32,000 bases of DNA. Source: Candidatus Electrothrix yaqonensis. Its GTDB lineage: Bacteria > Desulfobacterota > Desulfobulbia > Desulfobulbales > Desulfobulbaceae. The notes under the pieces were generated by a model. It did not search any database. It was not told the origin of the DNA and saw nothing but the letters and a program-made list of their open reading frames with translations. Position numbers and translations under genes: made by a program. This document shows positions 1 through 9,670 of this stretch, piece by piece (positions within the stretch are counted from its first letter, which is position 1; every line of letters begins with the position of its first letter). Where the stretch lies: contig CP178758.1 of assembly GCA_047651235.1 (NCBI GenBank), positions 2,280,001 through 2,312,000 of the forward strand. Reading direction: 5' to 3'.

Positions 1-2
1 GG

Positions 3-263
3 CCGGGTATTCCGCCGGAGTATCATGAGAAAATTTTCGGGCTTTTCTACCGCCTTCACAGCGGGGGGGACGGAACCGGGATAGGTATGGCTGTGGCCAG
101 AAAAATCATGAAATTCCACGACGGTGATATCCGTCTGGAACCGCAGTCCGGAGTTGCCGGGGAAGGGGCGATTTTTCGTCTTATGTTTCCGAAAGATGCG
201 CTGAGCCGCCATCAATCGGAAGATATTGATCTGAAGCAGAGTGAAGCAGAGGAAAATGCATGA
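3..263 (+). CDS. sensor histidine kinase, C-terminal fragment (5' end outside window)
   Basis: Frame 3 is open from the window edge to TGA 261-263. Translation ...GDGTGIGMAVARKIMKFHDGDIRLEPQSGVAGEGAIFRLMFP matches the G2 box/ATP-lid end of HATPase_c. The stop overlaps the next start (ATGA). Confidence 0.8.
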   Translation, partial: PGIPPEYHEKIFGLFYRLHSGGDGTGIGMAVARKIMKFHDGDIRLEPQSGVAGEGAIFRLMFPKDALSRHQSEDIDLKQSEAEENA

Positions 264-721
264 TAAGCAGGCCGGAAACAGCACAGCTTCTGCTGGTTGA
301 GGACAGCGATGATCATGCCGAGCTGGCTGAGATTCATATTAATGACTACAGTGACAGGATCCGGGTTGACCGGCTGCGTGACGGTGCCGAAGCCATGATC
401 TATCTGGAACAGGTGGAAGCCTCTCCAGAACCGGCTCTGCCCTGGCTGGTCCTGCTGGACCTGAAACTGCCCAAATATGACGGGCACGAGATCCTTGCAC
501 GGATCAAAAACAGCAGGCGGCTGGCCCGGATTCCGGTGGTCATCTTTTCCACCTCCAGTTCTGATAAAGATATCAGGCGTGCCTTGGACAATTATGCCAA
601 CAGCTATATTGTCAAACCTATGGAGGCAGACCGCTACGGTGAGGTGATCAGCGAAATTCTGCACTACTGGGAACTGAATCAGCACCATCTGGTGCAGGGT
701 ACGGGCCGGTGTGATGCCTGA
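260..721 (+). CDS. single-domain CheY-like response regulator (REC only)
   Basis: 153-aa ORF with LLLVEDSDDHAEL...VLLDLKLPKYDGHEIL...VVIFSTSS...YIVKP, the canonical receiver-domain D/D/T/K pattern. No output domain. Confidence 0.9.
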   Translation: MISRPETAQLLLVEDSDDHAELAEIHINDYSDRIRVDRLRDGAEAMIYLEQVEASPEPALPWLVLLDLKLPKYDGHEILARIKNSRRLARIPVVIFSTSSSDKDIRRALDNYANSYIVKPMEADRYGEVISEILHYWELNQHHLVQGTGRCDA

Positions 722-3323
722 GACAGCTGAGCGACCACTGAATATAGTGCTGCTTGAGGATAACCCGGATCATGCCGAGCTGTTTATGGCTAATCTTGAT
801 CTGACCGCGTATGCCGGTGCCCGGGTTGTCCGCCATCAGACCCTGAAGAACGGGCTGGTTACCCTTCGGAGGGAGCCGTTTGACCTGCTGTTTATTGATC
901 TTTCCCTCCGGGACAGCTCAATCCATGAAACCCTTGAACGGCTGCCCCTGCTGGATGCCCGCTGTCCGGTCATTGTCCTGACAGCTCTGGACGATGCGCA
1001 GACTCTGCTCAATGTCATCAGAAAAGGAGCAGATGACTGCCTGCCGAAGTCCGAGCTGACAGATACCCTGCTGGAGCGGCTCATCCAGTTCAACCTGGAC
1101 CGCTGGCAGCTGAAACAGCAGCTTGTCCGAAGCAGGGAGGCGTACCGGGATCTCTATCACCGTTCACCGAACATGCTCGGCTCCGTTGATGCCCGGACGC
1201 GCCGGGTGCTGAACTGCAACCAGACCTTTGCGGACACCCTGGGCTACAGCAAAGAGGAGGTTGTCAACCGGAAGATAACGGAATTTTACCACCCTGACTA
1301 TCTGGAGAAATTCGAGCGGATTTTTGCAGAATTCTTGACAAGCGGTGTTGTGAACAACGCGGAACTCCAGTTCAGACGGCGGGACAGCAGCAGAATTGAC
1401 GTGCTGCTCAATGCCTCGGCTGTCCGGGATGAGCAGGGGCGGATTCTGCAGACCCGATCCACTTGGATCGATATTACGGAAAAAAAAGCAGCTGAAAGGG
1501 AGCTGCAGTATATGCAGCGGCTCAATCGGCTGATCATTGAAACTATCCCGGATCTGCTCTGGCTCAAGGACACGGACGGCGTGTATCTTACCTGCAATCC
1601 CGGTTTTGAACGCTTTTTCGGGGCAAGGGAAACAGACATCGTCGGCAGGACCGACTATGATTTTGTGGAAAAAGAACAGGCAGATTGGTTCAGGGAACGT
1701 GATCAGGAGGCTATTGCTGTCGGCAGAGCTATAGTACATGAGGAATGGATCACCTTGGCTGACGGTTCAAGAATGCTGCTTGAAGCGACCAAGACCCCGC
1801 TGTGTTACGATGACGGTATTGTGGCCGGTGTGTTAGGGCTGGGGCATGATATCACGGAGCGGTACGAGGCTGCGGAAAAGGTCGAAGCAGCCAGCCGGGC
1901 CAAGTCAGCCTTTCTTTCCAATATGAGTCATGAGCTGCGGACTCCGCTGAACGCGATTCTCGGCTATACCCAGATCCTGCTGGGTGACAATTCGCTTACG
2001 GCCAGACAGCGGAATGGGATCAGGACCATTCACCGGGCCGGTGAACATCTGCTCCTGCTGATCAATGATATTCTGGACCTCTCCAAGGTGGAGTCCGGAA
2101 AAATTGAGATCTCGGAGGCAGAGCTGCGCCTTTCCTCCTTTTTGGATGACATAAAGGAAATCATGAATCTCCGGACCAGGGAGAAGGGGCTTGATTTTCT
2201 TTATACAGTGGAAGGCGAGGTGCCAGAGGTTATTCTGGCGGACAGCCTGCGGCTGCGTCAGGTTCTGCTCAATCTGCTCTCCAATGCGGTCAAGTTTACC
2301 GACTGCGGTTACTGCACCTTGCTGGTCAGGGGAGAACGTGCAGGAAATGACAGGATGCGGCTGACCTTTGAGGTTGAGGACAGCGGACCGGGGGTCGCGC
2401 CTGCAGATCAGGAGATAATTTTTGAGCCGTTCCGCCAGGTCGGTGACCGGCTGCACCACAGCGAAGGCACCGGGCTGGGGCTATCCATCAGCTGCCGCCT
2501 GGTGATGCTCATGGGTGGTGATCTGCAGCTGGTCAGTCCGGTGCACCGAGAGGTTGATCTCTGTGAAGGACCGGGCAGCCGTTTTTTCTTTACCCTGGAG
2601 GTAGCTGTATCGCAAAGCAGCGCAGACAGCGGAGCTGATGCTCCGGAGCAGACAGTAACCGGCTGTATCTCCCTGGAAGCATCCGGCAGGCAGATGAAAA
2701 TTCTCGTGGTTGATGATACGCCGTCCAATCGTGCGGTACTACGGGATATTCTGGAATCAGTCGGGTTTATCGTGCAGGAAGCCGCAGACGGTGATGAGGT
2801 GCCGGAGGCCTGTCAGGCTTTTGAACCGGATCTTGTCCTTATGGATCTGCGGATGCCGGGAACAGACGGTTTTACCGCTGTACGCCGGATGAGAGAACAG
2901 GAAGAATTTGCCGATTTTCCTGTGATCGCGGTCTCCGCTCTGGTCACGGAAAATGATGCGCAGCGGCGGCAATGTCAGGCACACGGATTCAGTGATATGG
3001 TGGGCAAGCCATGTTCGGCCAACAAACTCCTTGAAACCGTAGCGGCCTACCTGCCTGTCAGGTTGATATACGGAGAAAAAATCATTCAGGAAGCTGCGGA
3101 AAACTGCATACTGCCTCCGGATGAGGTACTGGATGAACTGGCTGCTCTTGTGGGGGTAGGAGATATTGCCGGAATACAGGAGAAAATAGAGCAAGCTGGT
3201 GCAATCGATTCCGGGAGATATTCCGTCTTCTGCAGCCGTGTGCAGGAATATGCCGATGAATTTCAGTTTACAGGGCTGCTGCATTTTATTGCTGCGAACC
3301 GGAACAGAGAGAACAAAGAGTGA
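711..3323 (+). CDS. hybrid sensor histidine kinase (REC - PAS - PAS - HisKA - HATPase_c - REC)
   Basis: 870-aa ORF. N-terminal REC (LLFIDLSL), two PAS-like segments, H-box SHELRTPLNAILGY, HATPase motifs (DSGPGV, GTGLGLSI) and a C-terminal REC (ILVVDD...LVLMDLRMPGTDG). GTG711/ATG714 overlaps the upstream stop. Confidence 0.9.
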   Translation: MMPETAERPLNIVLLEDNPDHAELFMANLDLTAYAGARVVRHQTLKNGLVTLRREPFDLLFIDLSLRDSSIHETLERLPLLDARCPVIVLTALDDAQTLLNVIRKGADDCLPKSELTDTLLERLIQFNLDRWQLKQQLVRSREAYRDLYHRSPNMLGSVDARTRRVLNCNQTFADTLGYSKEEVVNRKITEFYHPDYLEKFERIFAEFLTSGVVNNAELQFRRRDSSRIDVLLNASAVRDEQGRILQTRSTWIDITEKKAAERELQYMQRLNRLIIETIPDLLWLKDTDGVYLTCNPGFERFFGARETDIVGRTDYDFVEKEQADWFRERDQEAIAVGRAIVHEEWITLADGSRMLLEATKTPLCYDDGIVAGVLGLGHDITERYEAAEKVEAASRAKSAFLSNMSHELRTPLNAILGYTQILLGDNSLTARQRNGIRTIHRAGEHLLLLINDILDLSKVESGKIEISEAELRLSSFLDDIKEIMNLRTREKGLDFLYTVEGEVPEVILADSLRLRQVLLNLLSNAVKFTDCGYCTLLVRGERAGNDRMRLTFEVEDSGPGVAPADQEIIFEPFRQVGDRLHHSEGTGLGLSISCRLVMLMGGDLQLVSPVHREVDLCEGPGSRFFFTLEVAVSQSSADSGADAPEQTVTGCISLEASGRQMKILVVDDTPSNRAVLRDILESVGFIVQEAADGDEVPEACQAFEPDLVLMDLRMPGTDGFTAVRRMREQEEFADFPVIAVSALVTENDAQRRQCQAHGFSDMVGKPCSANKLLETVAAYLPVRLIYGEKIIQEAAENCILPPDEVLDELAALVGVGDIAGIQEKIEQAGAIDSGRYSVFCSRVQEYADEFQFTGLLHFIAANRNRENKE

Positions 3324-3937
3324 TGCAGGAAGAACAGGACATAATCCTGGTGATCGATGACCAGCCAGCCAATCTGAAGGTATTGCTTTCTTTCTTACAG
3401 GACCATGATTTCCGGGTGTATATGGTGGACAGCAGCCAGCGGGCCCTGACTGTCCTGCCGAAAATCAAGCCGGATCTCATTCTTCTGGACGTAATGATGC
3501 CGAGCATGAACGGTTTTGAAGTATGCAGGCGGATCAAGGCGGATAAAGAGCTGGTTGCTGTTCCTGTAATTTTTATGACCGCGCTGGACAGTGTCGGTGA
3601 TAAGATGGTCGGTTTTTCCGCAGGAGCTGTGGATTATATCACCAAACCGTTTCAGCAGGCTGAAGTGCTGGCGCGGATCAATACCCATATTACTCTGAGA
3701 AAACGGGAGAGAGAATTGGAACATGCATTGGAGGAGATAAAGGCCCTGACCGGTATCCTGCCGATCTGCGCATACTGTAAGCAGATCCGCAACGATGAGG
3801 GATACTGGCAGCAGGTGGAGGAATACATTGCCGAGCACTCCCGTGCCATGTTCAGTCACGGGATCTGCCCTTCCTGCTACCGGCGGGAAATAGAGCTTCT
3901 TGAACAGAGGCATGGTCCGCAGGCAGGTGAACATTGA
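3323..3937 (+). CDS. response regulator with C-terminal Cys-rich CxxC...HGICPxC module
   Basis: REC domain (ILVIDDQ...LILLDVMMPSMNG...ITKP), a helical linker, then LPICAYCKQIRNDEGYWQQVEEYIAEHSRAMFSHGICPSCY. ATG 3323 overlaps the upstream TGA (TGATG). Confidence 0.85.
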   Translation: MQEEQDIILVIDDQPANLKVLLSFLQDHDFRVYMVDSSQRALTVLPKIKPDLILLDVMMPSMNGFEVCRRIKADKELVAVPVIFMTALDSVGDKMVGFSAGAVDYITKPFQQAEVLARINTHITLRKRERELEHALEEIKALTGILPICAYCKQIRNDEGYWQQVEEYIAEHSRAMFSHGICPSCYRREIELLEQRHGPQAGEH

Positions 3938-3994
3938 GATTGCCAGGACTGCTGAGCCTGAAATTTTACTTTTCTGATTGCCCATTGCCCATTT

Positions 3995-4633
3995 TTGCCC
4001 ATGAGACTGCCGAACATACAGAAAATAGAGCCGCTGAAAATTGAGGCGGAAAGTTTCCGGATTATTGAGTCGGAAATCGGGCCTACCGATTTTACGCCGG
4101 AGCAGTTTGCCGTGGTACGACGCTGCATCCATGCGACCGGTGATTTTTCTTTTGCCGATAATATACGGTTTCATCCGCAGGCCATTGACGCCGGGCTTCG
4201 GGCCATCCGGGCCGGGAAAAATATTCTGGTTGATGTCAACATGGCAGTCAGCGGTATTTCAGATGGCCTGCTGAAAAAATTCGGCGGCAGAGTGATCTGC
4301 CGGATTGCAGAGGAAAAAACCGTGAACCGGGCCGTATCCGGCAATATGACCCGTTCCGAAGCAGCAGTAGAACGGGCTGTCCGGGACGATATCGGCATTG
4401 TTGCGGTGGGCAATGCCCCGACAGCTCTGCTCAAGGTCATGGAGCTGCTCGAGCAGGGTGCCTTTACTCCGGAACTGGTCATCGGTGTGCCGGTCGGTTT
4501 TGTCAATGCGGTCGAGTCCAAGGCCCTGCTGGCAAGTCGGGCGTATCCCTTTATTACCTCCCTTGGCCGGAAAGGCGGAACCCCGGTTGCCGTGGCAGCA
4601 GTGAACGCTCTGCTGCGTCTCGCAGATACCTGA
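3995..4633 (+). CDS. cbiC: (cobalt-)precorrin-8 methylmutase CbiC/CobH
   Basis: 212 aa. Contains IHATGDFSFADNIRFHP, VAVGNAPTAL, VIGVPVGFVNAVESK and RKGGTPVAVAAVNALL, typical of CbiC/CobH. Confidence 0.85.
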   Translation: MPMRLPNIQKIEPLKIEAESFRIIESEIGPTDFTPEQFAVVRRCIHATGDFSFADNIRFHPQAIDAGLRAIRAGKNILVDVNMAVSGISDGLLKKFGGRVICRIAEEKTVNRAVSGNMTRSEAAVERAVRDDIGIVAVGNAPTALLKVMELLEQGAFTPELVIGVPVGFVNAVESKALLASRAYPFITSLGRKGGTPVAVAAVNALLRLADT

Positions 4634-4696
4634 GAGCGACGAAAAAAAACAAACATTTCCCTCTGTTGTCCTTATGTCTCCTGAACTGCTGTAACC

Positions 4697-6919
4697 ATGC
4701 CTGTGCAACAAAAAAAAGAACCTGCTGTTTATCAGGAGGTTGTTACGGTCCTCTGCATTTTTCTCGGGATTTTCCTCCTGCTCAGCATGATCAGCTACAG
4801 CCTGCCGATTTTTGCGGACCAACCCGCGCTGCAGACAGCATCTGAAAACTGGTGCGGCGGGATAGGGTATTATACGGCTTTTTATCTGTTTTCCTTTATC
4901 GGGGTGATTTCCTTTTTCCCGGTTCTGCTGCTGTTCTATGTGGCTGCTGCTGTTTTTACGGTTTCCGGAACGCTTGAGCGTCTTCCCTTTCTTGTTGCCG
5001 GGGGGACAGGAACGGTTCTTGCCGCTTCCGGGCTGCTTGCCGGTGCGGAACAGATTATCTTTCCGCCGGAATTTATTCTGCCGGGCGGCTATCTCGGCAG
5101 CCTGCTCCGGGGGCTGCTGGAAGGACTGCTGGGCAGCGCAGGCACCTTTCTGCTTCTGGTTGTGCTGCTGATTTTTTCCCTGATGGCGGCAGTGCGTTTT
5201 TCTCCCCTTGCCTTTTCCCTCTGGCTTTGGGAGCAGTTTCCGGTGGTTCTGGAGAAAGCCGCAGCCGGAAAGGAATGGACAGGGGAAAAGATTATCGCTT
5301 GGAAGGAAGAACGGCAGAAGCGACTGGAAGAGCAGCCTCCTGCACTGAAAATTGTTTCGTCTTCCTCCTCGCCTCTCAAGTCACTGCCCCTGCTGAAGAA
5401 AAAAAAGGAACCGGCTTCGGCCGGGCCGGGCCGGCCCACAGTCCATGAGCCGGTGAAAAGAGAAACTCCGCCGGAACCGGAGGACACGGAGTTCTCGTTG
5501 TCCTCGCCTGTTCGGACCGGTAACTTTCAGGTGCCGCCGATTTCTCTGCTGGAAAAGAATACCCAAGGCGACTTGGAAGTTGACCGGAAACATTATTACC
5601 AGGTCAGCGAAAAACTGGTTGCCAAGCTGCTGGATTTTTCTGTTAAAGGTGAGGTGGTCGGGGTTTCTCCGGGGCCTGTGGTCACTACCTATGAGTTTGC
5701 CCCGGCAGCCGGTGTGAAGATCAATAAGGTAGTCAATCTGGCCGATGATTTGGCTATGGTCCTCAAGGTGGATCGGGTCAGGGTTGTGGGCTCCATTCCC
5801 GGCAAGGCAGCCATCGGCATTGAAATCCCCAATCCGGAACGGAAAACAGTGTTCTTCCGGGATATCCTGTTGAGCAACGCCTACCGCAAATCGTCCTCCT
5901 TTCTGACCGTTGCCTTGGGCGTTGATTCCATCGGCAAACCGGCTGTGGCAAACCTTGCCAGGATGCCCCATCTGCTCATTGCCGGGGCCACCGGAGCAGG
6001 TAAATCCGTGGCCATCAACGCCTTTATCTGTTCCGTCCTCTATAAGGCAACCCCGGATGTTGTCCGTCTGCTGATGATTGATCCGAAACGGATCGAGCTG
6101 TCCGTGTACGAGGGTATTCCCCATCTCCTGCATCCGGTCGTGGTGGAACCAAAAATGGCCAGCCGGGCGCTCCTCTGGGCGGTCCGAGAGATGGAACGGC
6201 GGTATAAACTGCTGGAAGAGCTGCGGGTCAAGTCCTTTACTTCCTATAATGAGGTCGCGGAAGAAAAACTGCCCTATATCGTCATTATTGTGGATGAGCT
6301 GGCCGACCTGATGATGGTGGCCTCCAAGGACGTGGAGACCTCTATTGCCCGGCTGGCCCAGATGGCACGGGCTGCCGGGATGCATATTATTCTGGCGACC
6401 CAGCGGCCTTCTGTGGATGTGCTCACCGGCCTGATCAAGGCCAATTTTCCCACCAGGATTTCCTTCAAGGTTTCCTCCAAGGTAGATTCCAGAACTATTC
6501 TGGATGGTTCCGGGGCCGAGCATCTGCTGGGGCTGGGTGATATGCTCTTTCTACCTCCGGGAGCGGCCAAGCTGCAGCGTATCCACGGGGCCTTTATTTC
6601 CGAAGAGGAGACGGAGCGGATCATTGCCTTTTTGAAAGAACAGGGAGCTGCGGAATATGATGAGTCTGTGCTCCAGATGGTGGAGGAGGAACCTGCAGGC
6701 GGAGAGGACGGAGAAGCGGAATACGATGAAAAGTATGATGAGGCCGTAGCCGTGGTGACCGAGACCGGCCAGGCCTCCATTTCTATGGTGCAGCGGCGCC
6801 TGCGGGTAGGGTATAATCGGGCAGCCCGGATGATCGAGATGATGGAGCGGGACGGGATTGTCGGGCCGTCAGACGGGTCCAAACCGAGGGAAGTGCTGGC
6901 CAGGGGGGATTATTCTTGA
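4697..6919 (+). CDS. ftsK: DNA translocase FtsK
   Basis: 740 aa. N-terminal polytopic membrane segment and a Pro/Lys-rich linker. Motor domain with Walker A GATGAGKS and Walker B IVIIVDELADL. C-terminal winged-helix gamma domain (SISMVQRRLRVGYNRAARMIEMME). Confidence 0.95.
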   Translation: MPVQQKKEPAVYQEVVTVLCIFLGIFLLLSMISYSLPIFADQPALQTASENWCGGIGYYTAFYLFSFIGVISFFPVLLLFYVAAAVFTVSGTLERLPFLVAGGTGTVLAASGLLAGAEQIIFPPEFILPGGYLGSLLRGLLEGLLGSAGTFLLLVVLLIFSLMAAVRFSPLAFSLWLWEQFPVVLEKAAAGKEWTGEKIIAWKEERQKRLEEQPPALKIVSSSSSPLKSLPLLKKKKEPASAGPGRPTVHEPVKRETPPEPEDTEFSLSSPVRTGNFQVPPISLLEKNTQGDLEVDRKHYYQVSEKLVAKLLDFSVKGEVVGVSPGPVVTTYEFAPAAGVKINKVVNLADDLAMVLKVDRVRVVGSIPGKAAIGIEIPNPERKTVFFRDILLSNAYRKSSSFLTVALGVDSIGKPAVANLARMPHLLIAGATGAGKSVAINAFICSVLYKATPDVVRLLMIDPKRIELSVYEGIPHLLHPVVVEPKMASRALLWAVREMERRYKLLEELRVKSFTSYNEVAEEKLPYIVIIVDELADLMMVASKDVETSIARLAQMARAAGMHIILATQRPSVDVLTGLIKANFPTRISFKVSSKVDSRTILDGSGAEHLLGLGDMLFLPPGAAKLQRIHGAFISEEETERIIAFLKEQGAAEYDESVLQMVEEEPAGGEDGEAEYDEKYDEAVAVVTETGQASISMVQRRLRVGYNRAARMIEMMERDGIVGPSDGSKPREVLARGDYS

Positions 6920-7220
6920 GAATCTTGTGTTTAAAAGGGCACTGCAGCATTCACTGTATTTACGTAGTTGTCGCGTCCCGTGTGATAATATACCTGAAAA
7001 GAGCTGGCCGCTGTTCCTGGCCCGTGATAAAATAAACATTATCTTATCAGAATATAAACTGACGGGTTTTTATCATCATGAATATCGCACTGCACAGAAG
7101 AGCACGCACCACTCCGGTCGAGGCACTGAAAAATTGGCGGAAAACGCATCCCGATTTATTTAAAAAGCAGGTATACAATCAGGCGGGGCTTGACAAGTAG
7201 TCATTAAAAAAAGGGGTAAA

Positions 7221-8030
7221 ATGAGCAGCGATTTATCAGATATTGGATTTGACGTAAATAATGAAGAGGCGTTTTATGAATTAATTGAGAAGGCTTACGG
7301 GAAAGCTACCTCGATTAAAGCGGACAAAGGAACGTACTTTCTGTATTCGGATTCCTCAGGAGCAGAACTATGGATACAAATAAGTAAGGCAAACCAGCTT
7401 GTTGGAGTAACCCCTTATTATAAAGGGACTGGCAGAAGGACAGTTTGTCTGTCTGAAAATGTATATAGAAAAGAAAACGAGTTAGATGGTGCTTTTTATT
7501 CATGGGCAGACCCGGCTGATAAAGATGATCCGGAAAGTGGTGTATATCCCTTTGTGTTTGACGTGCCAAATCATAACTCTTTAGGAGATGTACTGCTTCC
7601 TCAAGATATTGAGATACAATTGTCAGCATTTGCGCAAGAGGTTCGTTATTATGAGAATGAAGAAAAATTTGAAAAACAGCAAAAAGGTGAAGCAAAGTGG
7701 GCATCTCAGTCATTTGTGTCTAGTGGATTATTTCACCCGGATGAAAAATCAACTCCTAAAAAACCACCAGAAGCGTTTGGAATATTTTCAGGAATAATTA
7801 AACAGACAGAAAAAAAGAAAAATGAGTTAACAGGACAGGAATTTCAATGGATGCTTGTGGATACATTGGGAGGTGAAGTCGATGTTTTAGCTGATTTAAC
7901 GTTCTTTAACACTGAACCAAAAGTTGGAGGAGTAGTACAGGGACAATTTTGGTTGACTGGACAGCTGTTAACAACGCCTCTATTAAAAAAGAAAAAGGGT
8001 ATTATAAATAGGGTTTTTGGAAAGAAATAA
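7221..8030 (+). CDS. hypothetical protein (AT-rich orphan gene)
   Basis: 269-aa ORF with a GGGG RBS-like run upstream. It is clearly more AT-rich than its flanks. No signal peptide, TM segment or recognisable motif. Confidence 0.6.
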   Translation: MSSDLSDIGFDVNNEEAFYELIEKAYGKATSIKADKGTYFLYSDSSGAELWIQISKANQLVGVTPYYKGTGRRTVCLSENVYRKENELDGAFYSWADPADKDDPESGVYPFVFDVPNHNSLGDVLLPQDIEIQLSAFAQEVRYYENEEKFEKQQKGEAKWASQSFVSSGLFHPDEKSTPKKPPEAFGIFSGIIKQTEKKKNELTGQEFQWMLVDTLGGEVDVLADLTFFNTEPKVGGVVQGQFWLTGQLLTTPLLKKKKGIINRVFGKK

Positions 8031-8268
8031 AAGCGTTGCTCATTCCTCGTTCTGATTGTCGCTTCTGGTGATGTGGGGTATGTTATCTTCTTTCACCGAA
8101 TCACCACACCGGCATAGCCGACAACCTGTTCCGTATCCCCACTGACCTCCCCGGAATCGGTGTACCGGACAAGCTCGGCCTGCTCGGCTCCCAGCTCCAG
8201 AGCGGCCAGCAGGGTGATGGTGGTAGGGATGACGCCGCACATGGATATGGTGAGGAACAGTCTTTCGG

Positions 8269-8838
8269 TTACTCCAGAATCAGATTTCTGCCGCCAAGGA
8301 AAAGAACCCAGATAACCAGCCAGTGCATGATGATCGGCGTCCAGAGAGACCGCGAACGGATATACGACAGGCTGCAGACGATCCCTAAGCAGAAGGCAAT
8401 CGCAAGAAAAGAGGGATTGAGAAACAGCTCGCTGGCGCCCGGATTCACGGTCAGTGCGTTGAGCGGATGCCAGGCAGTAAAGAGGGCTGCGCTCAACAGG
8501 GTGAACAACAGTCCTGCTGCAGGGCCTTTTTCCTTTGTGTTGTGCGGGATCAGGATGCCGCGAAAAAAGGATTCCTCCAGAAAGGCGGGAAAAAGAAAGA
8601 GCGAGAACGGCAGAAAATACATCATCCGGGACTGCAGCATCTCAAGCTGATACAGGCTCCCGGCAGAACCGACCGCAACAGCGATGCCTCCGAATATGGT
8701 CATCAGGGCCAGAGAGAATTTCCATTCTTGCAGGGGAGATATTCTGTATCCGGCCAGCAGGTTATTTTTGATTGTCCTGAGCATAATCCGGTGTCTTGTC
8801 CGGTTGATTTCTGCTGGTTGTCTGTTACTCGGTTCCAA
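8269..8838 (-). CDS. CPBP family intramembrane glutamic endopeptidase (CAAX protease/Abi-like)
   Basis: 189-aa polytopic protein with the CPBP motifs [15 protein letters not shown] and IIMHWLVIW. The start overlaps the sdhB-like stop; an internal Met is also possible. Confidence 0.8.
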   Translation of the reverse strand: MEPSNRQPAEINRTRHRIMLRTIKNNLLAGYRISPLQEWKFSLALMTIFGGIAVAVGSAGSLYQLEMLQSRMMYFLPFSLFLFPAFLEESFFRGILIPHNTKEKGPAAGLLFTLLSAALFTAWHPLNALTVNPGASELFLNPSFLAIAFCLGIVCSLSYIRSRSLWTPIIMHWLVIWVLFLGGRNLILE

Positions 8839-9589
8839 TCAGCGCTGCGGCAAGATATTCCCGGTTCATCCGGCCGATATTGCGGATGGAGATACCCTTG
8901 GGGCAGACCTGTTCGCATTCCCGCATATTACTGCAGTTGCCGAACCCCTCCTTATCCATTGCCGTAATCATCGATAAAGCCCGGCGTTTCCGTTCCGGTT
9001 TTCCCTGGGGCAGCAGGGCAAGCTGAGAAATTTTTGCTCCAGTAAAGAGCATGGCTGCCGCATTGGGGCAGGCTGCAACGCAGGCCCCGCAGCCGATACA
9101 GGCTGCCGCATCCATAGCCTGTTCTGCTGACTGCCGCGCTACCGGCCGGGTATCGGCATCCGGTGCGGATCCGACATTGACAGAGACAAATCCGCCTGCC
9201 TGAATGATCCGGTCAAAGGCAGAACGGTCAACCATCAGATCCCTGATCACCGGAAAGGCCCCAGCTCGGAACGGCTCGATACAGATGGTGCTGCCGTCTG
9301 CAAAATGGCGCATGTGCAGCTGGCAGAGGGTGGTTTCCCGCTCCGGTCCGTGCGCCACGCCGTCCACCACGGCTCCGCACATGCCGCAGATGCCTTCCCG
9401 GCAGTCGTGATCAAAAGCCACCGGTTCTCTGCCTTCCAGCGTCAGCTGCTCATTAAGCACGTCCAGCATTTCCAGAAAGGACATGTCTGTATTGACTTCC
9501 TGCAGTCGGCAGGTCTCAAATTGTCCTTCAGCATCCGGCCCGGCCTGGCGCCATACTTTCACAGTGATGGATATTTTTTTTATGCCCAT
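8825..9589 (-). CDS. sdhB: succinate dehydrogenase/fumarate reductase iron-sulfur subunit (B-type FrdB/SdhB)
   Basis: 254 aa. [16 protein letters not shown]...[23 protein letters not shown] (2Fe-2S), [13 protein letters not shown] (4Fe-4S), CEQVCPKGI (3Fe-4S). Confidence 0.9.
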   Translation of the reverse strand: MGIKKISITVKVWRQAGPDAEGQFETCRLQEVNTDMSFLEMLDVLNEQLTLEGREPVAFDHDCREGICGMCGAVVDGVAHGPERETTLCQLHMRHFADGSTICIEPFRAGAFPVIRDLMVDRSAFDRIIQAGGFVSVNVGSAPDADTRPVARQSAEQAMDAAACIGCGACVAACPNAAAMLFTGAKISQLALLPQGKPERKRRALSMITAMDKEGFGNCSNMRECEQVCPKGISIRNIGRMNREYLAAALIGTE

Positions 9590-9670
9590 ATGGTTATCTT
9601 ATCGTTCTGCTTTACTGCTTGTCCTGTTGATTGGAAAAGTTTCGATATATTCCAGACCCGCCGCCCGCTC

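Noticed and set aside
3938-3994. Looked for a cobalamin riboswitch upstream of cbiC and cbiA (23308-23406) and a Moco riboswitch upstream of moaA (15481-15618)
   Set aside because: The leaders are short, and I could not find a B12 box or the conserved Moco motif elements by eye. A cmscan would be needed to be certain.
5381-6523. Long antisense 'shadow' ORFs: 212..688, 5381..6523, 12036..13028, 14533..15522, 18000..18749, 19409..20539, 22402..23181, 23275..24096, 27843..28550
   Set aside because: Each lies opposite a confidently identified gene. Each translates to Gly/Arg/Pro/His-rich, low-information sequence typical of antisense frames in GC-rich coding DNA.
8040-8240. 66-aa minus-strand ORF (MRRHPYHHHPAGRSGAG...)
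   Set aside because: The composition is non-protein-like. A different frame of the same stretch (8242..8093) gives a much more protein-like peptide and is discussed as a possible gene remnant instead.
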